Below, in pieces: positions 37,757-49,527 of a DNA stretch of 64,000 nucleotides. Positions within the stretch are counted from its first letter, which is position 1, and every line of letters starts with the position of its first letter. The notes beneath the pieces were generated by a model, which did not search any database, was not told where the DNA came from, and saw only the letters and a program-made list of their open reading frames with translations. Made by a program: the position numbers and the translations under genes. Source of the stretch: an uncultured Clostridia bacterium (GTDB taxonomy: Bacteria > Bacillota > Clostridia > TANB77 > CAG-508). The stretch is taken from contig CALXLF010000004.1 of NCBI GenBank assembly GCA_944389125.1, positions 70,234-134,233 of the forward strand, in the 5' to 3' direction.

Positions 37757-38584
37757 TTACCAATCACTATCCCAATCTGTAGATCCCGAGTCCCATGATG
37801 AACCAGAATCCCAAGATGAACTTGAATCCCAATCACTATCATATGAAGAAGAACTTGATTCTTCATAATATTCTGAATGTTTAAAATTATCAATTCCATA
37901 ACTTGAATCATAATTATTTGATTCATAGTAATCCGAATAATTATCTTTCAGACCACTTGGAGCATATGATTCATACCAACCATCATAATAGTCATATTCA
38001 TACCATGTTCCACTTTGATAATAATAGTAATTATTACCATAATAATAATATCCTCTTTTAGGTGCAATACTTGATACTACTATAGCCATTATAAATATAA
38101 TAAATATACCTACCATAAATACAATTAAGCATCCACTTATATCATGCTTATATGGCATTTTACTATTAATATTTTCCCCATTATTATTTCTTAAATTGTT
38201 TCTTTTTTGATTTACTATCTCTTCTTTAAGTTTTAAATAAATCTCATTTACTGCATAAGCCTCATCTTTTCCTTCATATCTTATGCTACGTGTACCATCA
38301 GACTTATTTTTATAAACTACAAAATTACCAGTTTCTTTATCTTGATAAATACCAAATGCTTTTGGTTTTTTATAATCTACTCCTATAAAAAATCTGGTTA
38401 TGTCTTGTATTGGTAAATTATGTTCTTTATACCATTGCTTTAATTCTGCAATTGTTGTTGGTGTTCCTATTGCTTTTCTTTGTAAATGACTATTTACTGC
38501 TCCACAATTTGGACAATTCTCATCTGTATCACTAATATAAGAACCACAATAATCGCATTTAACTTTCATGTTTAAATCCCCCAT
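37757..38584 (-). CDS. Zn-ribbon (CxxC..CxxC) protein with one TM helix and a Y/N/D/S/W-rich low-complexity extracellular tail
   Basis: N-terminal CDYCGSY..CPNCGA; TM around aa 150-175; tail with repeated SSWDSGS/DWDSDW. Confidence 0.4.
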   Translation of the reverse strand: MGDLNMKVKCDYCGSYISDTDENCPNCGAVNSHLQRKAIGTPTTIAELKQWYKEHNLPIQDITRFFIGVDYKKPKAFGIYQDKETGNFVVYKNKSDGTRSIRYEGKDEAYAVNEIYLKLKEEIVNQKRNNLRNNNGENINSKMPYKHDISGCLIVFMVGIFIIFIMAIVVSSIAPKRGYYYYGNNYYYYQSGTWYEYDYYDGWYESYAPSGLKDNYSDYYESNNYDSSYGIDNFKHSEYYEESSSSSYDSDWDSSSSWDSGSSWDSGSTDWDSDW

Positions 38585-38599
38585 TTTCTTTTGTTTATA

Positions 38600-40039
38600 T
38601 TATTCTTTTTCTAATATTCTTGCTAATTCAACTCCAGAGCAAGATGCCATCATAAGTCCTCTTGTCATACCACATCCGTCACCAATTGCATAAAGTCCAT
38701 TTATACTAGTTTCAAAATTATTATCTAAAACAACTTCATTACTATAAAATTTAATTTCAGGTCCATAAAGTAAATTATCAGGATTTGCAAATCCTTCTAC
38801 TATTTTATCCATATCGCAAATAAAACTTATTATATCTGTCATAGTTCTATATCCAATTGCAAAAGTAATATCTCCTGCAACTGCTGATTTTAAAGTAGGC
38901 CTTACAGTATTTTCATCTAATTCATAATCCCAAGTTCTTTTTCCTCTGAAAATGTCTCCTAATCTTTGAACTACAATATTTCCAGCTCCCAATTCATTTA
39001 AGTTTTTAGCAACATTTCTACCGTAATCAATAGGTTTATCAAAAGGATATGTAAAATGATGTGAAACTAAAATTGCTAAATTTGTATTAGTGCTTTTCTT
39101 ATCTTTATAAGAATGACCATTTACTAAAGCCATATTTCCGTCATATACTTCTTCAGATACAAATCCACTAGGATTTTGACAAAATGTTCTTACTTTATCT
39201 TTAAATGGATGTGGTCTACCTATAAATTTTCCTTCATACATATATGTATTAACTTTTTCCATTACTTTATCTGGAAGCTCATATCTTATTCCAATATCTA
39301 CGACTCCTGGTCTTGTTTCAATATTATGTTTTTCACACATATCTACAAGCCAATTTGCTCCTTTTCTTCCAACTGCTATAACAACTTTGTCTGCATATAT
39401 TTCTTCAAAATCACTAAATTCTTCATCTTCTACAAATCTAGCTGGTTTGATTTTAACTCCTTTTATCTTGTTATTTTCAACTATTAAATCTTGAACAATA
39501 GTCTCAAATTTCATTTCTATTCCATTTTGATTTAAATAATCTTCTAATTTTTTATATAATTCATGAGCTTTTTCTGTTCCTAAATGTCTAATTGGAATAC
39601 TAATTAAATCTATTCCCTGCTTTTTAGCTTTAGCTTTCATTTTGCTAACTTCATCTTTGTACTCTATACCTTCTAATTTCTTATCAGCTCCAAAATCTAA
39701 ATATATTTTGTCTGTATAATCAATTAATCTTTTTGTATTTTCAACTCCTATATATTTATGCAAATTTCCACCAACATAAATATCATCATCTTCTTCATTA
39801 TACAAAGAAAGTTTTCCATCTGAAAAAGCTCCAGCTCCAGAGAATCCGCTAGTTATATTGCAAAATGGCTTGCATTTTACACACTTTCCAATTTGTTCAA
39901 TTGGACAATTTCTTTTCTCTACTTGTTTTCCTTGATCAATAAGTAAAATATTTTTTTTCTTACTTAATTTTAGATACTCATAAGCAAAAAATACACTACT
40001 TGGTCCCATTCCTACAACAATAACATCATATTTTTTCAT
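38600..40039 (-). CDS. FAD-dependent oxidoreductase of the uncharacterised COG2509 family
   Basis: N-terminal dinucleotide-binding motif YDVIVVGMGPSS; length 479 aa. Confidence 0.55.
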   Translation of the reverse strand: MKKYDVIVVGMGPSSVFFAYEYLKLSKKKNILLIDQGKQVEKRNCPIEQIGKCVKCKPFCNITSGFSGAGAFSDGKLSLYNEEDDDIYVGGNLHKYIGVENTKRLIDYTDKIYLDFGADKKLEGIEYKDEVSKMKAKAKKQGIDLISIPIRHLGTEKAHELYKKLEDYLNQNGIEMKFETIVQDLIVENNKIKGVKIKPARFVEDEEFSDFEEIYADKVVIAVGRKGANWLVDMCEKHNIETRPGVVDIGIRYELPDKVMEKVNTYMYEGKFIGRPHPFKDKVRTFCQNPSGFVSEEVYDGNMALVNGHSYKDKKSTNTNLAILVSHHFTYPFDKPIDYGRNVAKNLNELGAGNIVVQRLGDIFRGKRTWDYELDENTVRPTLKSAVAGDITFAIGYRTMTDIISFICDMDKIVEGFANPDNLLYGPEIKFYSNEVVLDNNFETSINGLYAIGDGCGMTRGLMMASCSGVELARILEKE

Positions 40040-40277
40040 AAGCTCGCCTCCTTTTGCGAATATATTTAAGCAATTTGATTATATCATAAATAACAATATT
40101 TACAAGGTAATATATTTACAAAAAAATTATTTTATTCCTTTAATATTTAAATTTGTCATATTATATAATAAGAAAGCTTTCAATTTTTTTATTAAAAAAA
40201 TTTTTCATTAAAATTTGTATATTTTAGAATTTTATATTATACTATTATTGTGATTTTATTTTTGTATATAAAGTGAG

Positions 40278-40973
40278 GTGAATTTTATGTTAGGATATGA
40301 AAGTGAAAATGAGCCTATTATTACTAATACATCAGATTATCTTACAAAAACATTTTTTAGAATGTTTTTAGGATTATTGGCAACTGCATTTGCAGCTGGT
40401 TACACTTATTATTCTGGATTATTAGAGCCAATCATAGAAAGTGGCGCATTTTTAATGCTTTTTATTGTTGAATTTATATTAGTTATAGCTTTTTCAGCTG
40501 GTTTTAGAAAATTCTCGCCAGGTGTTGTAACTGGTTTATTCTTTGCTTATGCTATAGTAAATGGTATAACTTTTTCAACATTATTTGCATACTTTGAACT
40601 AAGCTCAATTGTTTATGCATTTTTAGGTTCTGCCGCTATTTTTGGTATTATGGCTTTAATTGGGAAAAATACTAAAGCTGATCTAACAAGTTTTGGAACT
40701 ATGCTTTCTGTAACTTTATTAGTTGGATGTGTAGTTTCAATAATAAATTTATTTATTGGAAATGGCTTAGTAGATATTGCTTTAGATTGGATTATTTTAT
40801 TTGTTTTCATGGGATTTACAATGTATGATATGAATAAAATAACTCATATATATGAAGAAGGAGTTATGGATGATGAAAAACTATATGTTTATGGAGCTAT
40901 GGAATTATACTTAGACTTCATTAACATATTCTTAAGAATTCTTTCATTATTCGGAAGAGCAAGAAGAGACTAA
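40278..40973 (+). CDS. Bax inhibitor-1/YccA-family membrane protein
   Basis: 7 TM segments, about 230 aa. Confidence 0.55.
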   Translation: MNFMLGYESENEPIITNTSDYLTKTFFRMFLGLLATAFAAGYTYYSGLLEPIIESGAFLMLFIVEFILVIAFSAGFRKFSPGVVTGLFFAYAIVNGITFSTLFAYFELSSIVYAFLGSAAIFGIMALIGKNTKADLTSFGTMLSVTLLVGCVVSIINLFIGNGLVDIALDWIILFVFMGFTMYDMNKITHIYEEGVMDDEKLYVYGAMELYLDFINIFLRILSLFGRARRD

Positions 40974-41045
40974 TTGTATATTAAAATAAATAGGTAAAAA
41001 AATATCCCCTGATGGGGATATTTTTATTTATATTAAAAATACTTT

Positions 41046-41723
41046 TTACATTACATATAATAATATACAGAAGAAATGTAATATGCTAGCTAACAATATA
41101 CATAAATGAAAAATTGAATGCATCCATTTATGTTTTTTACCTAAGCCATAAAGAACAGCTCCTATCGTATATATTACTCCTCCTAATACTAATAAAACAA
41201 ATCCTGTAGTTCCAAGTAATGTAGGTAATACATTTACTTTAAAAACTATGCACCAACCCATTACTAGATAACAAATCATAGAAAATGTTTTATATTTTTT
41301 TAAATCTATTCCATTTAATATAATTCCAATGATTGCCATTGCCCATACAACTCCAAATATTGTCCATCCTAAAGCCAAATTATATTCTCTTAATGTACAT
41401 AGAGCAAATGGTGTATAACATCCTGCAATCATTATAAAAATCGTACAATGATCTAAAACTTGAAAAACTCTTTTAGCAAATAGATTTTTACTAAGACCAT
41501 GATATACACTTGACATCGTAAAAAGTACAATTAGTGAAACTCCATAAATAACACCGCTTACGACTCCATATCCATTATGATGAATTGCTGCAAAAACACT
41601 GCAAAGTACTATTGCTACAATTCCTAGTAACACTCCTACAATATGTGAAGTCATATTAAAAATCTCTTCACCTTTTGTATAAATAGGAAGAATTCTATCT
41701 TTTAATTTTGTTCTTTTTGACAT
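41046..41723 (-). CDS. Hemolysin III / PAQR-family membrane protein
   Basis: 7 TM segments; conserved His positions (MTSHIVG..., HSIFH). Confidence 0.6.
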   Translation of the reverse strand: MSKRTKLKDRILPIYTKGEEIFNMTSHIVGVLLGIVAIVLCSVFAAIHHNGYGVVSGVIYGVSLIVLFTMSSVYHGLSKNLFAKRVFQVLDHCTIFIMIAGCYTPFALCTLREYNLALGWTIFGVVWAMAIIGIILNGIDLKKYKTFSMICYLVMGWCIVFKVNVLPTLLGTTGFVLLVLGGVIYTIGAVLYGLGKKHKWMHSIFHLCILLASILHFFCILLYVM

Positions 41724-41751
41724 AAATTAAATCCCTTCATAATTTAGATTT

Positions 41752-43206
41752 TTAATTTACATATTGACTGTCTTTTACCCAAACAGAAACGCTTCCACCA
41801 TTACAGAAAAAGTTTCCGTTTCCTTCTCCATCAATATATACTTTTTCTTCCGTATTTCCTAAATAATCATAAAACATTGAATTTGCAAATTTTTTTCCAA
41901 CATTCATAGTTATACAACCACCATCTTTATCACTCATAACAACTGCTAAGCCAGAGTCTGAATGTTCAAAATCTCCTTGGCGTACAAAACCTATAACACT
42001 TCTATCATAAAAATAATCTATTTGTTCTCCATAAGCAAAATATTTCCTTAATTTTAATAATTTATCCAAAATTTCATTTTTTGCTGAAACTTCTTTTGCA
42101 GGAATTCCATAATAGTCGCCGTAAAACACACAAGGTAAACCTTCTTGTCTTAGTAAAATTAATGAATATGCTAACGGTTTAAACCAATCTAAAATCCATG
42201 ATTCTAAAGCTTGTCCTGGTTCTGTATCATGATTATCTACAAAAGTTACTGCTTTATCAGGATTATCTTTTACTAATGTTCCTTCAAAGATTTCACTCAT
42301 ATTAAACTCTCCATTACTAATTGAAGCTTTAAAAAAGTTATAATGAAGTGGAACATCAAATAAACTCATTTTATATTCTGTTTTTTCAAGATAATTTTTC
42401 AATGTGTCACTATTAATTGTCCAATATTCTCCTACTGCAAAAATTTCTTTATCACTAATTTCTTGAATTGCATCTAACCACTCTGGGAAAAAATCAGCTC
42501 TAATATGTTTAACTGCATCTAATCTAAATCCATCAACTCCTGTAAACTGAAAATACCATTTTCCCCATCTAATAAGCTCATCTGAAACGTCTTTATTATT
42601 CATATCAATATCTGCACCCATTAGATAGTCAAAATTTCCTTTTTCTTTATCAACTTCTTCATCCCATTTTTTTCCATAGAATTTATATACAGATGCTTTT
42701 TTTGTTTCTTCATCCCAATCAACACCATGGAAATGGGTCCAATCCCATTTAAAACTTGAATATTTATCTCCTCTTCCTGGAAAAGTATATTTAGTCCAAG
42801 CTTTAATTGGTGTTGCAGAGGTCAAGCTAACATTTCTATCATTTGAATCATCTTGAATAGCCAAAACCTCTTCACATTCATCTGCTCCCAGTTTATGATT
42901 TAATACAATATCAGCTAAAACTTTTATATTATTTTCTTTTAAAACTCTTATTGCATTTAAATATTCATCTTTTGTTCCATATTTTGTTGGTATAGATCCC
43001 TTCTGATCAAACTCACCTAAGTCATATAAATCATATACACCATATCCCACATCCTCTTTACCTGCCGCACCTTTATATGCAGGTGGAAGCCATATATAAT
43101 TAATTCCTAAGTTAGCTAAATGGCTAGCATCATCACGCACCTTATTCCAAAGAGTAGAATCAGCTGGCAAATACCATTCAAAATACTGGATTAAGCAGTT
43201 ATTCAC
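41752..43206 (-). CDS. GH13 alpha-amylase (cytoplasmic, Bacillus AmyS-like)
   Basis: QYFEWYLP...NYIWLPPAYKG, GFRLDAVKH and FVDNHD catalytic regions. Confidence 0.8.
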   Translation of the reverse strand: MNNCLIQYFEWYLPADSTLWNKVRDDASHLANLGINYIWLPPAYKGAAGKEDVGYGVYDLYDLGEFDQKGSIPTKYGTKDEYLNAIRVLKENNIKVLADIVLNHKLGADECEEVLAIQDDSNDRNVSLTSATPIKAWTKYTFPGRGDKYSSFKWDWTHFHGVDWDEETKKASVYKFYGKKWDEEVDKEKGNFDYLMGADIDMNNKDVSDELIRWGKWYFQFTGVDGFRLDAVKHIRADFFPEWLDAIQEISDKEIFAVGEYWTINSDTLKNYLEKTEYKMSLFDVPLHYNFFKASISNGEFNMSEIFEGTLVKDNPDKAVTFVDNHDTEPGQALESWILDWFKPLAYSLILLRQEGLPCVFYGDYYGIPAKEVSAKNEILDKLLKLRKYFAYGEQIDYFYDRSVIGFVRQGDFEHSDSGLAVVMSDKDGGCITMNVGKKFANSMFYDYLGNTEEKVYIDGEGNGNFFCNGGSVSVWVKDSQYVN

Positions 43207-43262
43207 TGTTTCTTTCCTCCTAATTTTTTTATTTAATCTTCTGTAATTATTAATATATTTTA

Positions 43263-45546
43263 CTACTGAGTATCTGTAAGTTCTTCTTTTACAACAATTG
43301 TAACTATGGTTCCTTCTTCAACTTCTTTTCCAGATGTAATACTTTGCGAAACAACAACTCCAGTAGTTCCTTCAACTATTACATTTAAATTGCTCTTTTG
43401 TAATGTCGAAGTTGCATCTGAAATAGATTTACCTTTTACATCAGGAACTGTGACTGATGTTCTAACATCATTTTCACTTGTATATAAATATATAGTTGAT
43501 CCATTTTCTAAATAACTGCCAGCTTTTGGCATTTGATCTGTAACTAATGTTGTATTTTCATCTACTCCTGATGGAACAACCACTTCAAATCCATTAGCCT
43601 CTAATTTCGATTTAGCAGATGCTACAGTTTGACCAGTAACACTTGATACATAAGCTCCTGTAGATTCTGAAACTGTTGCTTCTGTATTATCTGTAGCAGT
43701 AGAGTTTGTTGATGTTACACCTAAATATGGTAAAACTTCTGATAAAATTTCTCCAACAACAGGTCCACAAACTGTTCCACCTTGGTGTTCTTGCTCTTCA
43801 GTTAAGCCATATAAAGCTAAGAAACAAACAACTTCAGTATTTTCAATTGGAGATATTCCTATAAATGAAGCAACATATCCTTCTTCTTCTTTTCCAACAG
43901 GTGGTTCTGAAGTTCCACTTTTTCCTCCTATTTCATATCCACTAACTGCTGCGTGTCCACCAGTTCCATCTGTAACTACTGATTTCATCATATCTTTTAC
44001 TTGATTAGATGTTTCTTCTGAAATTACATGTCTTACTTCTGTAGAATCAACAGTTGTAATTGAACCTGTATCAGTATTTTCAATTTGTTTTACTATCTTT
44101 GGCTCAATTAAATTTCCGCCATTTACAACACAAGATACTGCTGTAACCAATTGAAGTGGTGTAATTGAAAATCTCTGTCCAAAAGACATTGTTGCGAGTT
44201 CAATAGGACCTACTTTTGATTCTTCAGTAAATATTGATGATGGTGTGTAAGCTATATCTGAACCTACTTTATCAAATAATCCAAATGCTCTAAAATATTT
44301 ATATAATGTTGATGTACCTATTCTTTGACCTAATTGCATAAATGCAGGGTTACAAGATCCTTCTAATGCTTTTCTTAGTGAAAGTTCTCCATGAGGATTA
44401 TAATATCTCCAGCAAGCTATTGGAGGTTCTCCTTCAACAACTGTATAATATCCTGTGCATAAGAAATCTTTTTCCGTATCTGTTTGAACAACTCCTTCTT
44501 CTAGTCCAATTGCTGAAACTAATATTTTAAAAGTTGAACCTGGTTCATATAAATATGAAACATTTTTATTTGCCCAAAGTTCATAAAAAGCTGCATTTTT
44601 AGCATCTGAATCTAATTTATCCCATGAGTTTGCTAAACCTGTTGCATTAACATCTTGAGGATTATTTAAATCATAATCTGGATAATTTGCCATTGCTAAT
44701 ATTTCACCATTTTGTGGATTCATAATAATAACTCCACCATATTTTGCACTATTTTCCTCAACAGCTTCTTGTAAATATTTTTCTGCAATTCCTTGAACTG
44801 TAGAATCTATTGTTAAATAAATATTACTTCCATTTTCAGATGCAACATATTCTTCCATATCATCTGATATTGCATCACCATTAACATCAGATGTAATTGT
44901 AAGTTGTCCTGAAGTTCCTGTTAAAACTGAATTCCATCTTTCTTCTAGTCCATATAATCCTGTATTATCTGTTCCACAAAATCCTATTAATGTTGATGCT
45001 AAAGTATCATTAGGATAATATCTTTTATAATCTTCATCTATATTGATTCCAGAAGTTATTCCCTCTTCTTTCATCCAATCTTGAAGTTCAGCAATTTTAT
45101 CTGATTCAACTTTTTTTGCTATTACAACAACTGAAGAATCACTCTCTAATTTTGAAAGTGCCTCTTCATGAGTAATACCAAAAATTTCTGAGAACTTTGC
45201 TGCTAAAGTTTCATTATCAACTTCTGTATTATTAGAATATTTTATTTTTCCAGGGTTTACAGAAACAGTATCAACACTAACACTAACAGCTAAAACCTCT
45301 CCGATTTTTATCATAAATAGTTCCTCTATTAGGACTAATAACTTCACTTGTAGTTTGTTGAGCATAAGCTGCTTGTTTATATTCTGTGCCTTTAACAGCA
45401 ACTATATATGTCATTTTTCCAATTACACATGCAAAACCGATTGTAATAACAGTAGCAACTAGAACCATTCTAGCTCTAATACCTTTATTTTCTTTTATTC
45501 TTTGTTCTTTACTCTTTTTAATTTTTTTCTTAGCTATAATGCTCAC
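43263..45546 (-). pseudogene. Class B penicillin-binding protein (PBP2B/SpoVD-like transpeptidase with two C-terminal PASTA domains), interrupted by one extra C near 45301
   Basis: The N-terminal ORF 45283..45546 (TM + ISPNRGTIYDKN) and the main ORF (GEVLAVSV...) join as IYDKN-G-EVLAVSV if the C in AAT-C-GGA is skipped. The transpeptidase S..K and SxN motifs and PASTA repeats are present. Confidence 0.8.
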
Positions 45547-45821
45547 CTCTTATATCTTTAGTTTTTTGATATTATATCATTACTAGATTTTTATATCAAC
45601 CAAAAAAATGAAATTTAATTAAACATTAAAAATTTAAATTTTTATTATAATTTTAATGTTTTATTTTTAATTTAAAATTAAATATTAAAAATTTATAAAT
45701 TTCATAATATTAAAATTGACAAAACTAATTTGAAATAATATAATGTTTAAAGTTATACAAAGGTAAATTTTTAATTTAATTAAAATTTAGATTTTGCTTA
45801 AGGAAGGGGGCTATATTTAAA

Positions 45822-45992
45822 ATGGCTTATAAAATTGATCCAGAAAAATGCATTAGCTGTGGAGCTTGCGCAGGTGCTTGCCCAGTAAGTTGCATAAAAC
45901 AAGGTGATACATGCTATGTAATAGATAAAAGTACTTGCATAGAATGTGGTACATGCGCTGGAGTTTGCCCAGTTGGAGCACCAGAGCAAGAA
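45822..45992 (+). CDS. 2x[4Fe-4S] ferredoxin (56 aa)
   Basis: CxxCxxCxxxCP twice; aggaagggg RBS; TTGACA/TATAAT promoter about 80 nt upstream. Confidence 0.8.
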
Positions 45993-46047
45993 TAATTAAA
46001 TAAGAAAAAAATTTCCCAATCATTTAAGATTGGGATTATTTTTTATT

Positions 46048-46972
46048 TTAATAGTCATCTTCGGTTTTTTCTGTTTTGTCTAGTTTTTCAAGTTCTTCTA
46101 GTTCTTTTAAATCTTCTTCGTTTTCAACGTCTTTTGCTGTAATCTTATCATCACCTTCTACATCTTTTAATACTGTTACATCTTTAGCATCATATTTTTT
46201 AAAGAATGTATCTTCTCCATCTTTAAATTTTATTCTTAATCTTTCTTTTAGAGTTTCAATAGAAACAACCTCTCCAACACCATCTTCTGTTTTAACAGTT
46301 GCACCTACTTTTGGAAGGCTTTTTAATTTATCTAAATAAACATTTTCTTCGAATTTTAAACAACACATAAGTCTACCACAATTTCCTGAAATTTTAGATG
46401 GATTTAAAGAAATATTTTGCTCTTTTGCCATTTTTATAGAAACTGTTTCAAAATTATTTAAGAATTTAGTACAGCAAAGTTCTCTTCCACAGACTCCGGC
46501 ATCCACCCATTCTTCTGACTTCATCTCTAACACCGATTTGACGTAATTCAATTCTAGTTTTAAAAATTGCAGCTAAATCTTTTACAAGCTCTCTAAAATC
46601 AATTCTTCCATCAGCTGTGAAGTAAAAAATAACTTTGCTTCCATCAAATTTGTATTCAACTTCAACTAATTTCATTTTTAATCCATGTTCTTTAACTTTT
46701 TTCTCGAAGATTTCTTTTGCCTCTGGCTCTTTAGATTTGTTTTCTTTGTACATTTTTCTATCTTTATCATTAACAATTCTAATTACTTTTTTAAGTGGTT
46801 CTGTTACTTTATCATCTTCAACTTCTTTAAAAGGGATTACAACTTCTCCAAATTCTTCTCCCATTGCTGTATCTACTATTACATTCATTCCAACATCCAA
46901 TTTAAAGTCTAATGGATCAAAATAATATATTTTACCTGTTTTCTTAAATCTTACTCCTGTAATTTTTCTCAT
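46048..46972 (-). pseudogene. yaaT: PSP1-domain protein RicT/YaaT, interrupted by one extra C near 46497
   Basis: The N-terminal ORF (RFKKTGKIYYFDP...IELRQIGVRDE) and the C-terminal ORF (GVCGRELCC...CGRLMCC) are joined by skipping the C in TGC-C-GGA. Confidence 0.8.
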
Positions 46973-47859
46973 TTAAGTTCCTCCAAATATTATATATCAA
47001 GTTATCTATACTCATGTCTAAATTTGCGTTTGATTTCAATTTATTAATACAATCATTTACCCCATTTATGCATTTTAAATATTGTATATTTTCTTTTGAT
47101 TTTGCATATAAACATACTATAAGATAATCTAATGTTTCATATATTTTTTCTTTATTATACATGAATTTTGAGTCTAAAAAAATAGAAATAATATCCTTTT
47201 TTTCCATATTATCTATAAGTATATCTATTTGTGAATATAATTCTTCATTTTCTTTAAGATTAATCGCCTTTCCTATGCTACCACCGAATGCTCTTAACAT
47301 ATTTTCTGTAATTTTTTCATAGCCTAAATTATTTTTAGCATATTTGATTAAATCTTTATCATCAATATTTGAAAATTTAATTTTCATACATCTTGATTTT
47401 ATAGTATTTAAAATTAAATTTTCATTTGAAGATATTAGAATTATTGTAACAAATTCTGGCGGTTCTTCTAAAGTCTTTAGTAAACAATTTTGCGCTTCTT
47501 TTGTTATTTTTTCACTATCATTAATAATATATACTTTTCGATTTGAAACAATAGGTTTTTCTATTACTTTATTTATAAGATTTCTGATTTGTTCAATTTT
47601 AATAGTTTCACCTGTTTCATTAATTATCTCAAAATCTGGATGATTATTTCCATCAAAACATATACAAGATTTACAATTACAGTTATCATCATTTGGATTT
47701 AAACAAAGAATATATTTGGCAAACTCTTTTGCCACCTTAAGTTTGCCGAATACCTTCTGTTCCAATGAACATATAACTATGTAATATATTATTATTTTCT
47801 ATACTTTTTCTTAAGTAATTTTTAACGTTTTCGTTTCCAATTACATCATCAAATTTCAA
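46944..47859 (-). pseudogene. holB: DNA polymerase III delta-prime subunit, interrupted inside the Walker A motif by one extra C near 47747 (ATT-C-GGC-AAA restores GTEGIGKLKVAKEFA)
   Basis: The upstream short frame gives MKFDDVIGNENVKNYLRKSIENNNILHSYMFIGTEGI. The downstream ORF continues GKLKVAKEFAKYILC...LKTLEEPP. TTG start with a gggaagga RBS. Confidence 0.75.
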
Positions 47860-47874
47860 TTGCTTATCCTTCCC

Positions 47875-48540
47875 TTACTCAACAGTTCCAATTTTATTTA
47901 ATGGCCAAAATCTACAAATTACAACTCCTTCAATTTTATCATAAGGTATACATCCAAAACTTCTACAATCTGTACTTTGAGTTCTATTATCACCCATACA
48001 GAATAAATATCCTTCTGGAACTATAAAATCAGTTAAAATTTCAGATTCTGTTATTACATCTGGTTGTAAATAATCTTCTTCTAATTCTTTACCATTTATA
48101 TATACTTTTCCTTCTTTTATTTGAACATGTTCACCAGGCATTGCAATAACTCTTTTTATATAACTTCTTTTTGTTATTTCTAAAACATTATAGAAAAAGT
48201 TTGACACTATTCCTCTTTCTTCATCAGAATAAATTGCAACAGGATTTGATTGATCAACTGTTGATGAAGAATATGTGTAAGAAGGAGCTTCAAATGTAAT
48301 TATATCTCCTCTTTCTGGCATATTTCCTGTAATTCTAAAAGTTCTTGAAACTATAAGTCTTTGATTCTCTTCAAGAGTTGGATACATAGAAACCTGTTTT
48401 ACCACTGTTGGAGTTGCAATATAATATCTAAACAACAATGTTAAAATAATTGCTATTACTATGCATATTACCCACTCTAATATATTTTTAGTTTTATCGC
48501 TCATTTGGATCTTTGGAGCTTTTGTTTTGTCCTCTTCCAA
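47875..48540 (-). CDS. lepB: Signal peptidase I
   Basis: TM anchor, SMYPTL (Ser box), GDNR and catalytic Lys region. Confidence 0.85.
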   Translation of the reverse strand: MEEDKTKAPKIQMSDKTKNILEWVICIVIAIILTLLFRYYIATPTVVKQVSMYPTLEENQRLIVSRTFRITGNMPERGDIITFEAPSYTYSSSTVDQSNPVAIYSDEERGIVSNFFYNVLEITKRSYIKRVIAMPGEHVQIKEGKVYINGKELEEDYLQPDVITESEILTDFIVPEGYLFCMGDNRTQSTDCRSFGCIPYDKIEGVVICRFWPLNKIGTVE

Positions 48541-48570
48541 TTGTACCTTCTCCTTTTTTCTTTTAGCTTA

Positions 48571-49527
48571 TTATTTTTTAGATTTTCTTGCATCTCTCTC
48601 TTCTTTATCTTTTTTTAAATTTTCTTCCATTTGTGATAAAAATTCCTCTGTAGAACTAGAAGTTTTCTTTGATTTTGTATATCTTTTACTAGATTTATTT
48701 TCTTTTTTAGTCTCTTCTTTTGGTTCATCTTCTATATCATCATTTATAGATGCAGAAAAATCATCAAGACTATCTAATTCATCTATAATTGGATCCACAT
48801 CTTTAGCCTTTTCTTCTTTAGTTTTTTCTTCAGGTTTCTTTATAGGTGGATAATCAAATACCATTGTTTCTTCTATTTTCTTTTTTGGAATTTCTTCTTC
48901 ATCAATTTTATCAATTATACTTGTATCAAATTCTTCTCCATATGCTTCTGAATCATCTGGTTCTTCTTTTGAGTCTTTTGGTTGTGACGATTCTACATCA
49001 GTTTCTGAACTATCAATAGAAGGAGGATCCGCATATAAATCATTATTGTCTTTCATAGCAGAAAATAAAGATTTTTCATCTTCACCATCATATTTTACTG
49101 GTTTTTCTTCTTCATCATTGTTATTATATTCAAATGAATTATCATCTTCATCATATTCTAATGATTCTGATAAATCATTACTATCTATATTATCTTCTTC
49201 ATAAGTAATATTATCTGCCTCATATTTAGGATCTTCCTTTTTGATACTCTTTTCTTTTGACATTTTTTCCTTTTTTGGTGCTTTTGCTTTCTTTGATGTT
49301 TTTTCTCTCTTAACAGGATAATCTCTCTCATCAGTTTCTTTTGAGTCCATTTTATATCCTAAAAATAAAAGTAAAATAACTATTAAAACTGCAACTCCAA
49401 TTGCAATATATTTCGTTATGCTTGTAGTAGTATCTGAAGAAGTTTCTGCTGTAGCAGCAAAACAATTATTACCTAAAAACAATAAACCTGCTACAGATAA
49501 AGTTAAAGTTGTTTTTAATTTTCTCAT
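48571..49527 (-). CDS. Hypothetical protein with a signal peptide, one TM segment and a long acidic low-complexity (D/E/K/S-rich) region
   Basis: Composition only. Confidence 0.35.
   Translation of the reverse strand: MRKLKTTLTLSVAGLLFLGNNCFAATAETSSDTTTSITKYIAIGVAVLIVILLLFLGYKMDSKETDERDYPVKREKTSKKAKAPKKEKMSKEKSIKKEDPKYEADNITYEEDNIDSNDLSESLEYDEDDNSFEYNNNDEEEKPVKYDGEDEKSLFSAMKDNNDLYADPPSIDSSETDVESSQPKDSKEEPDDSEAYGEEFDTSIIDKIDEEEIPKKKIEETMVFDYPPIKKPEEKTKEEKAKDVDPIIDELDSLDDFSASINDDIEDEPKEETKKENKSSKRYTKSKKTSSSTEEFLSQMEENLKKDKEERDARKSKK

Noticed and set aside
45547-45820. AT-rich region with short inverted and direct repeats (ttaaacattaaaaattt...aaattttaatgtttta), considered as a possible CRISPR or mobile-element end
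   Set aside because: The repeats are short, irregularly spaced and AT-only, with no uniform repeat-spacer periodicity and no cas genes. They are better explained as a terminator hairpin plus the ferredoxin promoter (TTGACA/TATAAT).
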